Below, piece after piece: positions 7,581 through 17,680 of a DNA stretch of 32,000 bases. Every line of letters starts with the position of its first letter. The first letter of the stretch is position 1. The notes beneath the pieces are model-generated. The model was not told where the DNA came from, searched no databases, and saw only the letters and a program-made list of their open reading frames with translations. A program made the position numbers and the translations under genes. The stretch covers positions 2,160,001 to 2,192,000 of the forward strand of contig NZ_CP021983.2 in NCBI RefSeq assembly GCF_002075285.3, read 5' to 3'. Source of the stretch: Halomicronema hongdechloris C2206. Lineage in GTDB: Bacteria > Cyanobacteriota > Cyanobacteriia > Phormidesmidales > Phormidesmidaceae.

Positions 7581-9254
7581 TTAGCGAGCCGCAACAGCCC
7601 ACCAGGCTAGGCCATAGGGCTGGACGATGTCGTCGGTGACCCGCTGACGATACACCACCCTGAGCTTATAACGAGCAGTGGCCGGAATTTCGAAAAAGAG
7701 ATGCTCCACACTATCCACGGCACTCTCTGAGGACCAGATTGCCTGGGAGAGATCCTCGGCCTCCGCTGGCAACAGATAGAGATCGAGATTATTCAGGCCA
7801 CGATCCTCAAAGGACTCCCCGATGTCATAGCGCTCATTGCCGTTGTCGTCGTTGAGCACCACCTGCCGTTCCCAGGCTAGGGTGGCAGAGATATAGCTAT
7901 TGGCCTGCAGGGGCGTTTCAAACACATAGTCTTGGTGTAATATCGCCGCCTGAGCCCGAGGCAGATCCGTGGGCGGTAACGGCGACTCCACGGCACCATA
8001 GGCCCAACCCATCACCGGCACCGGTGCACCTGGCAACCACTGCCCCCCGTTGAACTGCTGATAGGCCCGATAGGCATTGAGATGGCCAGTACCCAACTCG
8101 GCATGGAGGGGAATGGTGCGATCGCGATAGGCATCGGACTCGATCCAACTGCGATTGCCCTCATCCACCAGGGTGCGGCCCATGCCCAGTCGCAACCCAT
8201 CGCCGCTGTCCTTAAGCTTGTCCGCCGAGTTCAACAACACTGCCTTCATCACCATCGGTTCTCGGGCATCCAAGCTCCAGTGGGGCGTGTCTGCCCGGAG
8301 TTGTCGGTCGCCCCACTCCTGCAGTAGGGCCACCGTCGCCGCCACATGGGGAGACGCGAAACTGGTCCCACTGGCGGTACGGATGCGACCATCGGGATCT
8401 AGTAGCTCCAACCGACTCCCAGGCGCTACCAGACTAATGGAGCGCCGTGGTCCCACATTGGTCTCCAGGAAAGGCAGGCTCCGGGAGCGAGCATCGGGTT
8501 CGCTGCTGAGGTTGGCAAAGTCAACCTTCCTGTATAGGCCATCGGCCTCGCGGGAGTAGGCCACATTGATGCCGTTAAAGTTATCGGTGGGAATAGGAAT
8601 GCCGCCGCCGCCCTGGTTACCCGCCACCACATAGAGTATGTCGTGCACCCGCTCCGACCAATCGATACATTGGGTCAGGAGGGCATTGCCATCCAAGACT
8701 GGATTGGGGCGAGGATCCCGCCGCAACGGTTCGCCGAAGCTAAAATTCATGGCTCGCACATCCCCCCCATTGCTCAAGGCCACCTGTTGGGAGGCCAGAC
8801 ATTCATCCGGTTGGGCACTGCGGCCTCGGATCGGACCCACCGCCGCCGAAAAGAGGGCGGCATTAGGGGCCACCCCCGTCAGTGCCTTATCCTGACTGAC
8901 CATAACGCTGGCTACATTGGCGGCATGGCCATCCACATACTGGTTGGGATCGGCTAAGTCATCTAGATAGAAGACACGACTGACATCGACTGGCATATCC
9001 TCATAGGCCACTTTATCCAGGCCAAAGACACTGGGACGACCGATTTCAACCTGGCCAATGGCAATTTTCCGCCCGGTAAGAAAATAAGGAGCACCGTGCA
9101 GGCGCAGGGCATCGATTCCCGCAGGACCTACCGATGAAGACAGGGCCAAGGCCGGCAGACTCACTAAACCAGTCCCCAGTCCCAGCCCTAGGGAAGACTG
9201 TAGCAACCGCTGCCGCAGTCTGTGGGGCACCCCCGCGGAAATCATCTGTCTCAT
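7581..9254 (-). CDS. S8 (subtilisin-like) serine peptidase, secreted
   Basis: The Ser motif is GTSFASPHVAATVALL, the His-region is DGHAANVASVM and the Asn-region is VVAGNQGG. The N-terminus is signal-like (LGLGLGTGLVSLPALALS). The start is ambiguous (TTG 9269, ATG 9254 or ATG 9245). Confidence 0.8.
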   Translation of the reverse strand: MRQMISAGVPHRLRQRLLQSSLGLGLGTGLVSLPALALSSSVGPAGIDALRLHGAPYFLTGRKIAIGQVEIGRPSVFGLDKVAYEDMPVDVSRVFYLDDLADPNQYVDGHAANVASVMVSQDKALTGVAPNAALFSAAVGPIRGRSAQPDECLASQQVALSNGGDVRAMNFSFGEPLRRDPRPNPVLDGNALLTQCIDWSERVHDILYVVAGNQGGGGIPIPTDNFNGINVAYSREADGLYRKVDFANLSSEPDARSRSLPFLETNVGPRRSISLVAPGSRLELLDPDGRIRTASGTSFASPHVAATVALLQEWGDRQLRADTPHWSLDAREPMVMKAVLLNSADKLKDSGDGLRLGMGRTLVDEGNRSWIESDAYRDRTIPLHAELGTGHLNAYRAYQQFNGGQWLPGAPVPVMGWAYGAVESPLPPTDLPRAQAAILHQDYVFETPLQANSYISATLAWERQVVLNDDNGNERYDIGESFEDRGLNNLDLYLLPAEAEDLSQAIWSSESAVDSVEHLFFEIPATARYKLRVVYRQRVTDDIVQPYGLAWWAVAAR

Positions 9255-9401
9255 AGTGGTGATGGGCAATTACGCAGTCTTTCCCTATTCTGCAGCCAAA
9301 TTAAATCTACATGAATGATCCCCGGCAGCCATTCGAGCAACTTAAAGATTTTGTTACGATAATTACGACGAATGCAATTGCAGCAGGAGAGATCGCCCAT
9401 C

Positions 9402-10109
9402 ATGACTCAGACATCTTCTCAGAAGCCGGTCGTTGTTGCTCCATCCATTTTATCCGCTGATTTTAGTCGGTTGGGAGATGAAGTGCGGGCGGTCGATGCT
9501 GCCGGAGCCGACTGGATTCACGTCGATGTGATGGACGGTCGTTTTGTGCCCAACATTACTATTGGCCCGCTGGTGGTGAAAGCGATCCGCCCGGTGACCG
9601 ATAAGCCCCTAGACGTGCACTTGATGATCGTAGAGCCAGAAAAGTATGTGGCTGACTTTGCCCAGGCTGGGGCCGACATCATTTCCGTCCACGCCGAGCA
9701 CAACGCCTCTCCCCATCTGCATCGCACCCTCTCGCAGATCAAGGAGTTGGGGAAGCAGGCGGGGGTCGTCCTCAATCCCTCCACGCCGCTGACCTTGATC
9801 GACTATGTGTTGGAGCTGTGTGATTTGGTCTTGCTTATGAGTGTCAACCCCGGTTTCGGCGGCCAGAGCTTCATCTCCGGGATAGTCCCCAAGATTCGTC
9901 AACTGCGTCAGATGTGTGACGAGCGTGGTCTCGACCCCTGGATCGAAGTCGATGGTGGACTCAAGGGCGAAAATACCTGGCAAGTGCTAGAAGCCGGGGC
10001 CAATGCCATCGTGGCTGGTTCTGCGGTCTTCAAGGCAGATGATTACGCCCAGGCCATTGAGGGAATTCGCCATAGCAAGCGCCCCACCCCTGAATTCGCA
10101 ACGGTCTAG
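9402..10109 (+). CDS. rpe: Ribulose-phosphate 3-epimerase
   Basis: Typical Rpe sequence (PSILSADF..., [26 protein letters not shown]). ATG 9402 is preceded by AGGAGA at 9385-9390. Confidence 0.9.
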   Translation: MTQTSSQKPVVVAPSILSADFSRLGDEVRAVDAAGADWIHVDVMDGRFVPNITIGPLVVKAIRPVTDKPLDVHLMIVEPEKYVADFAQAGADIISVHAEHNASPHLHRTLSQIKELGKQAGVVLNPSTPLTLIDYVLELCDLVLLMSVNPGFGGQSFISGIVPKIRQLRQMCDERGLDPWIEVDGGLKGENTWQVLEAGANAIVAGSAVFKADDYAQAIEGIRHSKRPTPEFATV

Positions 10110-10197
10110 TGCCCCGTCCGTCCTCTGGGCCTGAACCAGCATCGTCAAGCAATGGCATGCCCCTAGGGTATCCGTGAGAATAGGGAAGTGAAATTAC

Positions 10198-10231
10198 AGA
10201 GAGGTCCCTGCGGGGGCCTCTCTCTTTTTTT
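10198..10231 (+). terminator. Rho-independent terminator after rpe
   Basis: AGAGAGGTCCC-tgc-GGGGGCCTCTCT forms a stem with one mismatch or bulge and is followed by a T7 run. Confidence 0.7.
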
Positions 10232-10648
10232 AGCCACCCTACCGACTCGACCGAGACCGAGACGGCCTGGGAGCTCAACCTTGAGCGACGGAAGGGCTGG
10301 GAGTCTGGGTAAAACTATCAGTCGATTATGTTGTCTTTGATACGCGATGGGGCGACAACTTGATGAAGACTCGCTTTAAAGAATCGCTTGTTTTACGGAT
10401 GCTTCTACGGCAACCCCTCAGCTAGAGTGAATTTGTCATAAAGAAGTCCTGCTAGACCATAAACGGTCTGTTTACAGAAATCCATTCAAGGGGGAAAATC
10501 CTGAATTGGCGCTGTATGTATTTAAAGTTTATTTGAATCTGGCGTTGACGGGACCATTTCCCCAATCTAGGGCCGAACCTGGTACAGCATGACAGATGTC
10601 TGCCCTTTACCCGAAGCACTTGCTGTTTTTCCATCAGGACGCACTACC

Positions 10649-10825
10649 ATGTACTCTTTAGAAGCCACAGTTGAAAAGATTCTGTCTACTCGCCGCATTA
10701 CCCGTCAAGATCAACACCTATTGATGGTTCTAGGTCGCCACCATCAGCTCAGCCATCACGATGTCATGTTGATTGACCGCATCTACGATGCCCTGCACCA
10801 AGGCCGCCTCAGAGTGATTGACTAA
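10649..10825 (+). CDS. Small conserved hypothetical protein (58 aa)
   Basis: The ORF reads MYSLEATVEKILSTRRITRQDQHLLM...LIDRIYDALHQGRLRVID and resembles a small cyanobacterial family I cannot name. I preferred the start at ATG 10649 over 10589. Confidence 0.5.
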   Translation: MYSLEATVEKILSTRRITRQDQHLLMVLGRHHQLSHHDVMLIDRIYDALHQGRLRVID

Positions 10826-10977
10826 GTCGCAATGGCCAGCTAAATTGCTTAGTCAATCAGAGGGGATCGTCTGTTATTGGGATAAGAATTGCTGCGCTGG
10901 CTACTCCAGCTTTGCCCTCAGTCCCATCTAGTCCTATGGTTAGAAAATTAGGACTTTCAAATCAGACGATTTAGGCG

Positions 10978-12288
10978 ATGAACAGTGCAATGCAAAGGCG
11001 GTATCTGAGTCGCGGGGTTGTCTTAGGGCTCAGTCTGTCTTGTTTGGTAGCCTGTGACACTAATCAGTCAGCCGGTGAGGGGGAAGGCAGCCCCGCGGCG
11101 GAAAATACGGTGACCGTTCTCGGGGTGGTGGTGGGGGAACAGCAGGAGAAGCTGGAAGCTGCCCTGGCCCCCTTCGAAGAGGAGACCGGCATTGATGTGG
11201 TCTATGAAGGCACCGATGCCTTTGCCACCCTGCTACCCGTGCGGGTGGAGTCGGGAGATGCGCCGGATGTGGCCATGTTCCCGCAGCCGGGGCTAATGGC
11301 GGATTTTGCCGAGTCGGGACAGCTGATTCCCGTCACTACAGCCATGGATCGAGCCACCTTGGAGGCGGCGTACTCAGAAGACTGGCTTACCCTGGCCACC
11401 ATCAACGAAGAGCTCTATGGGGTGTGGCTGCGGGCCTCGGTGAAGAGCTTGGTCTGGTATAATCCTCAGGTCTTCCAGGCCCAGGGCTACGAAATCCCCA
11501 GCAGCTGGGAGGAGTTGATGGCCCTGAGTGATCAGATGGTGGCAGACGGGGAAACCCCCTGGTGCTTGGGCATGGAAAGCGGTGATGCCACCGGTTGGGT
11601 GGGCACTGACTGGGTGGAAGACATCATGCTGCGCACCGCCGGCCCCGAGGTCTATGATCAGTGGATCGCCCATGAGATTCCCTTCGATGCCGAGCCGGTG
11701 AAGACGGCCTTTTCAACCTTCGGCGACATTGTGCGGAATCCGGAGTATGTCTCCGGCGGCGCGGTGGGGGCCATCAGCACCCCCTTTGGCGATTCCATTC
11801 AGGGATTATTTACGGATCCCCCCCGGTGCTATCTACATCGTCAGGCCAACTTCATCGCCAGCTTCCTGCCGGAGGCGGCGGTGCCTGGGGAGACGGTGGC
11901 GGTATTCCCCTTGCCCGGTATCGACCCCGAGTTTGGCACGCCAGTGCTGGTGGCCGGGGATATCTTTGCCATGTTCAATGACACCCCGGCGGCACGGGCC
12001 CTGATGGAGTATTTGGCCACCCCCACTCCCCATGAGGTCTGGGCCTCGTTGGGCGGCTTCATTTCGCCCCATAGCCAGGTGGGCTTAGAGGTCTATCCCG
12101 ACGAGGTGACTCGGCAGCAGGCGGAGATCTTGGCTGAGGCAGAAATTGTCCGCTTCGATGCCTCCGATATGATGCCAGGCACCGTAGGCACCGGCACCTT
12201 CTGGAGCGGCATCGTCGACTATGTGGGGGGGGAGGACGTGGACAGCGTCCTGGCCAATATCGAGGCCAGTTGGCCCCAGGCGGAGTAA
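10978..12288 (+). CDS. Carbohydrate ABC transporter substrate-binding lipoprotein (family 1 SBP)
   Basis: There is a lipobox signal (LSLSCLVAC). The length and sequence are typical of sugar / compatible-solute SBPs. It is the first gene of an SBP-permease-permease-ATPase operon and its frame is intact. Confidence 0.85.
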   Translation: MNSAMQRRYLSRGVVLGLSLSCLVACDTNQSAGEGEGSPAAENTVTVLGVVVGEQQEKLEAALAPFEEETGIDVVYEGTDAFATLLPVRVESGDAPDVAMFPQPGLMADFAESGQLIPVTTAMDRATLEAAYSEDWLTLATINEELYGVWLRASVKSLVWYNPQVFQAQGYEIPSSWEELMALSDQMVADGETPWCLGMESGDATGWVGTDWVEDIMLRTAGPEVYDQWIAHEIPFDAEPVKTAFSTFGDIVRNPEYVSGGAVGAISTPFGDSIQGLFTDPPRCYLHRQANFIASFLPEAAVPGETVAVFPLPGIDPEFGTPVLVAGDIFAMFNDTPAARALMEYLATPTPHEVWASLGGFISPHSQVGLEVYPDEVTRQQAEILAEAEIVRFDASDMMPGTVGTGTFWSGIVDYVGGEDVDSVLANIEASWPQAE

Positions 12289-12306
12289 TTCAGGGGGGAG
12301 GTAGCG

Positions 12307-13306
12307 ATGCAAGATTCCTCAAACCTGATGCGGCTGCTCGGTGCGATCGCAGCTATTGTCTTGGGCTCCGGCGGGGTGATCGCCCTCTTCTATGGGGCCA
12401 ATCTGCTGGCCAACCGCCTGCCCTTTAAGCTGCGGCACCGGATCTTGCCCTGGGTCTACATGGTGCCGGCCCTGGCGGTACTGGGGGCGTTTCTGATTCT
12501 ACCCACCCTGCGCACCATCGTCATCAGCTTCATGGACCGACGCTCGCAGCAGTTCGTCGGCTTCGACAACTACCTCTTTGCCTTCACCAATACCGACATG
12601 CTGATTGCCTTCCGCAACAACATCCTCTGGTTGGTGTTGGTAACCGGAGTCAGCGTCAGCCTGGGGCTGGTGATTGCCGTGCTGGTGGACCGGGTGCCCT
12701 ACGAGCCCCTGGCCAAGGCCTTGATTTTCTTGCCCATGGCCATTTCCTTCGTCGGCGCCAGCGTGATCTGGCGGTTCATGTACGCCTATCAACCGCCGGG
12801 GGTGGCCCAAATCGGCCTGCTCAATGCCATCGTGGTGGCCCTGGGGTTCGAGCCCATCGGCTGGCTGGTGAATAAGGCGGTGAATAACTTTGCCCTGATC
12901 GCCATCATGATCTGGCTGCAGACCGGCTTTGCCATGGTGCTGCTGTCCTCGGCGGTGAAGGGGATTCCCAGGGATGTGATCGAGGCGGCCCGCATCGATG
13001 GGGCCAATGAATTTCAAATCTTCTGGCGCATCACCATTCCCATGATCAGCTCCACCATCGTGGTGGTATCGACCACCATTATCGTGCTGGTGGGTGTTGA
13101 AGGTCTTCCGACATCGTCTTTTGTCATGACCGGCCGGCAACTGGGACACCGCAGTGTGATCGCCAGCCGCATGATCAAGGAGATGTTCAACTTCCCGCAA
13201 CTTCGCCACGCAGTGGCCATCGCGCGTGATCTTGCTGTGGCAGGGATGTCCGGTGCATGGGTGGCTAATATCCGGCGATTTCAGCCAGCAGGGAGGCCAC
13301 CGATGA
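12307..13306 (+). pseudogene. Sugar ABC transporter permease (MalF/UgpA-type), frameshifted 3' third
   Basis: The gene is intact through the EAA loop (IPRDVIEAARIDGANEFQIFWRITIPM). From about 13090 the conserved block VLKVF|DIVF|VMTG|GNWDTAV|IASRM is spelled in frames 2,0,1,2,1 (13094-13173). The expected end ...NIRRFQQQ..R-TGA at 13304-13306 overlaps ATG 13303. Confidence 0.7.
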
Positions 13307-14208
13307 CCGCTGGCCCAGAAACGCCCGCCACCCCAGCCCCAACCAGGTCCTCAGCGCCCGGAGAAGTTCCTCTCCACCACCTCCGTTGCACATCGTGGTG
13401 GTGGGCCATCGCCGTGATCTGGACCTTACCCACGGCGGGGTTGCTGATCAGCTCCTTTCGCCAGGCCGAAAGCCCTGACCCGCAGCGGCTGGGGAGCGGT
13501 ATTTCAACCTCCCCTGGATCTGGGCCAGTTTCACCTGGGTAACTACCAGGCGGTACTCACCAGCGAGGGCATGGGGCAGGCCTTCTTGAACAGCCTGATC
13601 ATCTCGATTCCGGCCACGGTGATGCCCATCGCCATCGCCACCTTTGCCGCCTATGCCCTGGCCTGGATGCGTTTCCCGGGGCGGCAGCTGTTGTTTGTCA
13701 TGGTGGTGGGGCTGCTGGTAGTGCCCCTGCAGATGACCTTGATTCCGGTGTTGCGCACCTACAATCAGCTGGGCCTGGCCGGCACCTTTCTGGGGGTGTG
13801 GCTGGCCCACACCGGCTATGGCATGCCCCTGGGCATCTATCTGCTGCGCAACTACATCGGCACATTGCCCCGGGATCTGATCGAGGCGGCGGCGGTGGAT
13901 GGGGCCTCCCACCTGAAGATCTTCACCCGCATCGTGGTGCCCCTGTCTACCCCTGCGATCGCATCCTTTGCCGTCTTCCAGTTTCTCTGGGTCTGGAACG
14001 ACCTGCTAGTGGCCCTGGTCTAACCTGGGCGGCAACCAAGACGTCGCCCGTCACCCTGGTGCTGCGCAACCTGGTGGGTGATCGGGGCCAAGACTGGCAT
14101 CTGCTCACCGCCGGGGCCTTCATCTCCATGGTGGTGCCCCTGATAGTCTTCTTCGCCCTGCAGCGATACTTCGTGCGGGGCTTATTGGCCGGTTCAGTGA
14201 AGGGATAA
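13303..14208 (+). pseudogene. Sugar ABC transporter permease (MalG/UgpE-type), multiply frameshifted
   Basis: The protein is recoverable only by changing frame: LHIVVVG (frame 0) / AIAVIWTLPTAGLLISSFRQAE (frame 1) / ALTRSGW..QPPLDLGQFHLGNYQAVLTSEGMGQAF...EAAAVDGASHLKIF...WNDLLVALV (frame 2, stop 14021) / YLGGNQ (frame 0) / PVTLVLRNLVGDRGQDW...VKG (frame 1). Confidence 0.7.
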
Positions 14209-15316
14209 TGGCAACCATCGTCTTCGAGCAAGTCACCAAGATCTACGACAACGGGCTTCGTCGCCGTCAAAGACCTGAACCTAGACATCGGCGACGATGA
14301 ATTTCTAGTGCTGGTGGGTCCTCCCGGCTGCGGGCAAAACCACCTCCCTGCGCATGCTGGCCGGGCTGGAGTCCATCAGCCAGGGCCATATCTACATCGA
14401 CGGTCGCCGGGTCAACCAGTTGTCGCCGCGGGAACGGGACATTGCCATGGTGTTTCAGTCCTACGCCCTCTACCCCCATATGAGCGTCTTCGAAAACATG
14501 GCCTTCAGCCTGGAGCTGCAGGGCATGGCCAAGGGCGACATTCGGCAGCGAGTCCAGGCCGCCGCTGCCCAGCTGGGCATCGAAGAGCTGCTGGATCGCA
14601 AGCCCAAACAACTCTCCGGCGGTCAACGCCAGCGGGTGGCCGTGGGCCGGGCCATCGTCCGCGACCCTGCCGCCTTTCTCATGGATGAGCCCCTGTCTAA
14701 CCTGGATGCCAAACTGCGGGTGCAGGCCCGGGCCGAACTGAGTAAGCTGCACAAGAAACTGGGCACCACCTTCATCTACGTCACCCACGATCAAGTGGAA
14801 GCCATGACCATGGGCAGTCGCATCGCCGTCATGAACCAGGGCATTCTGCAGCAGGTGGATACGCCCCAGGTGCTCTACGAACAGCCCAATAATGTCTTCG
14901 TGGCCGGGTTCATGGGTAGCCCGGCCATGAACTTCTTCCAGGCCACCCTGCAGGCGGAAGCAGACACCCTGATGATCGTCGCCGGGGCCTTGCAAGTGCC
15001 GGTGCCCGCCGACCAGCACAGCCGCTACCGCCCCCACCTGAATACTCCTGTCATCTTCGGCATTCGCCCCGAGAATATCTATACCCCTGAGTTCGCTCCC
15101 CCCCCGGCATCAACCCCGTGCCCGTGCAAGCCGACGTCTGTGTGGTGGAAATGATGGGTCACGAAACCATCGTCTACTTGAAGCCTAGCTGACGGCCATG
15201 AGTTCATCGCCCGGGTCGATCCCCGCTCCCACTTCAAGGCTGGTGACACCGTCCAGGTCTACTTCGACATGAATCGCTTCCATCTGTTTGATCAGGCCTC
15301 AGAACATGTCCTCTAG
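14208..15316 (+). pseudogene. Sugar ABC transporter ATP-binding protein (MalK/UgpC/MsmK-type), multiply frameshifted
   Basis: ATG 14208 overlaps the permease stop (TAATG). Walker A (GPPGCG|KTTS) is split between frames at about 14335. Earlier, YDNG|FVAVKDL is split at about 14256. The signature [14 protein letters not shown] and Walker B FLMDEP are intact. Further shifts lie in a C8 run (15098-15105) and at about 15190. The restored C-terminus ends at TAG 15314-15316. Confidence 0.7.
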
Positions 15317-16278
15317 GCCTGTTTCCCATAGGCCCGCATCGGTTCCTGGATGAAGCGAATGTACAGGTGCCGGAAGGTGGACTTCACCACCCGCGGTAGA
15401 CCAAAATCGATGGGCATCAGCTGATCCGGCAATCGCCAGTCGGTCAGAGCCAGGGCCTCGGGAGCCATGACCGGAAAGCTCAGCTGTTCCCAGGCTGGGC
15501 ACAGTCCTAACCGTATGGATTGGGCCACCGTCGGCACCTGGGCCGGATCTACCCCGAGGATATCCACCAGGGCCCGATCCAGGACGAAGACATCCCGGGC
15601 TGCCCCCAATACCCCCAGCTGCCGTGGCTCGCCGCCACTGGGGCCATTGCCTTCATGGCCGATGATGCCATCGATAATGGTTAGGTCAGGGGCGATCAGG
15701 CGGGCCGTCTCCACCAGCATGGTGCCAAAGCGCTCTACGTCTTTGCCGGCTTCCATATGCCACCAGGCCTTCATCTTGCCAGGCACACAGCCGAATAGGT
15801 TTTTGACTCCTAGGGTCAGAGTCAACTGAGCATGGGATTTCACCTTAGGCAGGTTAATCACCACATCCGCCTGCATGGCTTCTTTAGAGACTCGCAAATG
15901 ACCGAAGTCGCTGCCTTGGGTGTGGTAACGCTGACCGTGGAGCTCCACGATAGGCATGTCTAATGCTTGGGCTACTGCCAGCAAGCCATTGGCCTTGGCC
16001 ACCCCCCGGGCACTGCCAAAGGCGGGGCTGTCTCCTAAAAAGGGCTGGCCGCCCACCGCCTGAACCTGCTGGGCCACACAATGGACCAGGGCCGGATTGG
16101 TGGTGCACTCCTTAGTGGGACGGGCGCCGGTGAGTAGATTTGGCTTCAGCAAGACTCGATCTCTCGGCTTCACCATGGTGGCCATGCCTCCCAGGGGAGC
16201 CAGCACGGTGTTTAAGTGCCCATGTAGAGCAGCTCGGTCATAGGTATGGGCGCGGGTGAGGCAAACAGGAACCGACAT
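15313..16278 (-). CDS. DUF362 domain-containing protein
   Basis: A 321-aa ORF with DUF362-like blocks (VLLKPNLL..., NLPKVKSHAQLTLTLGVKNLFG, IIDGIIGHEGNGP). Its stop overlaps the ATPase pseudogene stop, as the two genes converge. Confidence 0.8.
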   Translation of the reverse strand: MSVPVCLTRAHTYDRAALHGHLNTVLAPLGGMATMVKPRDRVLLKPNLLTGARPTKECTTNPALVHCVAQQVQAVGGQPFLGDSPAFGSARGVAKANGLLAVAQALDMPIVELHGQRYHTQGSDFGHLRVSKEAMQADVVINLPKVKSHAQLTLTLGVKNLFGCVPGKMKAWWHMEAGKDVERFGTMLVETARLIAPDLTIIDGIIGHEGNGPSGGEPRQLGVLGAARDVFVLDRALVDILGVDPAQVPTVAQSIRLGLCPAWEQLSFPVMAPEALALTDWRLPDQLMPIDFGLPRVVKSTFRHLYIRFIQEPMRAYGKQA

Positions 16279-16320
16279 CAGCGTCTCGGGAAGCAGCTAC
16301 ATCTTGGAGCGTAGCGTGCT

Positions 16321-16397
16321 AAGGAAGGGGAGGCAAGGGAAGTAGGGGAGGTGGAGAGATGGGGAAGTGGGGGAGTGGGAGAGTGGGGGGAAGTAGA
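16321..16397 (-). repeat. Pyrimidine-rich (minus strand) degenerate short-repeat tract in the DUF362 5' leader
   Basis: The plus strand is almost pure purine (AAGGAAGGGGAGGCAAGGGAAGTAGGGGAGGTGGAGAGATGGGGAAGTGGGGGAGTGGGAGAGTGGGGGGAAGTAGAA). The minus strand reads CCCCACT/CCCACTC-type units, like the tract at 1491-1612. Confidence 0.7.
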
Positions 16398-16428
16398 ATG
16401 AGGACAGAGCATCCTTGGGCCCTGGGTA

Positions 16429-17304
16429 GTGCTGACCGCCAATTTAGACAACCAAAGCCATTGGCTGCGAGGCTGTGAGGTGGCAGAGGCGGCAGCTCGC
16501 TTCCTCCTAGAAGAATTTTCTGTGCCAAAGGTGGTGCTGTTTGGGTCTCTGCTGCACCCTAGCATCGTGCGTCAGCACTCCGATATTGATTTGGCCGTGT
16601 GGGGCCTCACTGATGAGCAGTATGATCGGGCCTTAGGGGCTCTGGCAGACCTAACCTCAGAGTTCTGCTTCGATTTGGTCCAAGGGGAGTCGGCTCAACC
16701 TAGCCTCAGCCAAGTGATTGAGCGGGATGGGATTGCCCTGGGATACTCCTCTGCTCCTGTGGTAACTCAACTCAGTAGGGCTTTGCCGTTAGAGCATCTG
16801 CCGATGAAGCGTACCTATGCAGTTTTACGGGGACAACTCGAGCAAGAATTACAGGAACTCGAGGGTCTAGTGCAGAAGACTGAAGCCCTGTTGGCTAAGT
16901 TGCGGGCCACCCAGGATGAAGATTATTTGGGCACAGTTGCGCTAAACCTACACAGTTTCTACTCGGGGGTGGAGCGCATTTTCAAGCAAATCGCGCAGAC
17001 CATCGATGGCGTTGTCCCGGATACGGCCAACTGGCACCGGCAGCTACTGCGGCAGATGGCAGCCCCCGTCTGGCATATCCGTCCTGCGGTGTTGAGAGCT
17101 GACACAGTCACCTGGCTGGAAGATTACTGTTCTTTTCGGCACTTGGTCAGAAATATCTACAGCACTCATCTCAAAGTAGACCGGGTGGAGGCTCTGGCAG
17201 AACGGCTGCCCACCTGTATGGCTTTCCTCAGGGAAGACTTAGAGCATATGATGATTGCCCTGGAGTCCCAACCCCCTTGGGAGTCGAATGGGGAGGAGAC
17301 GTAA
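16429..17304 (+). CDS. Fused nucleotidyltransferase (MNT) + HEPN-like domain protein (module 1)
   Basis: The N-terminal half has NTase motifs (LFGSLLHP...HSDIDLAV). The C-terminal half is paralogous to the two downstream HEPN-like proteins (LHSFYSGVERIF, WHRQLLRQM, FRHLVRNIYSTH). There is no stop between the halves. GTG 16429 directly follows an in-frame TAG. An internal Met lies at 16804. Confidence 0.8.
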   Translation: MLTANLDNQSHWLRGCEVAEAAARFLLEEFSVPKVVLFGSLLHPSIVRQHSDIDLAVWGLTDEQYDRALGALADLTSEFCFDLVQGESAQPSLSQVIERDGIALGYSSAPVVTQLSRALPLEHLPMKRTYAVLRGQLEQELQELEGLVQKTEALLAKLRATQDEDYLGTVALNLHSFYSGVERIFKQIAQTIDGVVPDTANWHRQLLRQMAAPVWHIRPAVLRADTVTWLEDYCSFRHLVRNIYSTHLKVDRVEALAERLPTCMAFLREDLEHMMIALESQPPWESNGEET

Positions 17305-17311
17305 TTCAGGA

Positions 17312-17680
17312 ATGACTGGCCAGTCCTTCGATACGTCTTTACTCGACCGATTGCTCGTGGAGACATGCGATCGCAACGAGGCCGCCCGGCAGCAGGTCCT
17401 TGCCGATGCGATCGCATGGCTGGACGCCCACGCCGCCGGCTTCGGCCTCACCCGCGCCTATCTCTTCGGCTCCCTGATTCGTCCCTATCGATTTTCTCCC
17501 CACTCCGATGTGGACATTGCCGTTGACGCCATCGGAGTTGACGACTTCTTCACCCTCATGGCCGGCCTCTCAGAAGCCCTGGGGCGAGAGGTAGACTTAG
17601 TGGAACTGCCCAAATGCCACTTCGCCGACCGCATCCGCCAACAAGGTCAGCTATGGACCCACCCAGATATGCACTCTTAA
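17312..17680 (+). CDS. Nucleotidyltransferase domain protein (MNT-type, module 2)
   Basis: NTase motifs LFGSLIRP...HSDVDIAV are present. ATG 17312 lies 8 nt after the previous stop. Confidence 0.8.
   Translation: MTGQSFDTSLLDRLLVETCDRNEAARQQVLADAIAWLDAHAAGFGLTRAYLFGSLIRPYRFSPHSDVDIAVDAIGVDDFFTLMAGLSEALGREVDLVELPKCHFADRIRQQGQLWTHPDMHS

Noticed and set aside
9342-9355. An NtcA-like site GTT-N8-TAC (GTTACGATAATTAC) upstream of rpe.
   Set aside because: It deviates from GTA-N8-TAC in a critical position and no properly spaced -10 was evident. Matches at this level are expected by chance.
10930-10955. A 7-bp inverted repeat AGTCCTA-N12-TAGGACT just upstream of the ABC binding-protein start.
   Set aside because: It is too short to be statistically meaningful by itself, and it matches no known operator that I can recall.
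16278-16565. Minus-strand ORFs across the purine-rich tract (16278-16565 and 16319-16528).
   Set aside because: These are translations of low-complexity repeat (PLP/PPL-rich). They overlap the start of the MNT-HEPN fusion gene and have no start context.
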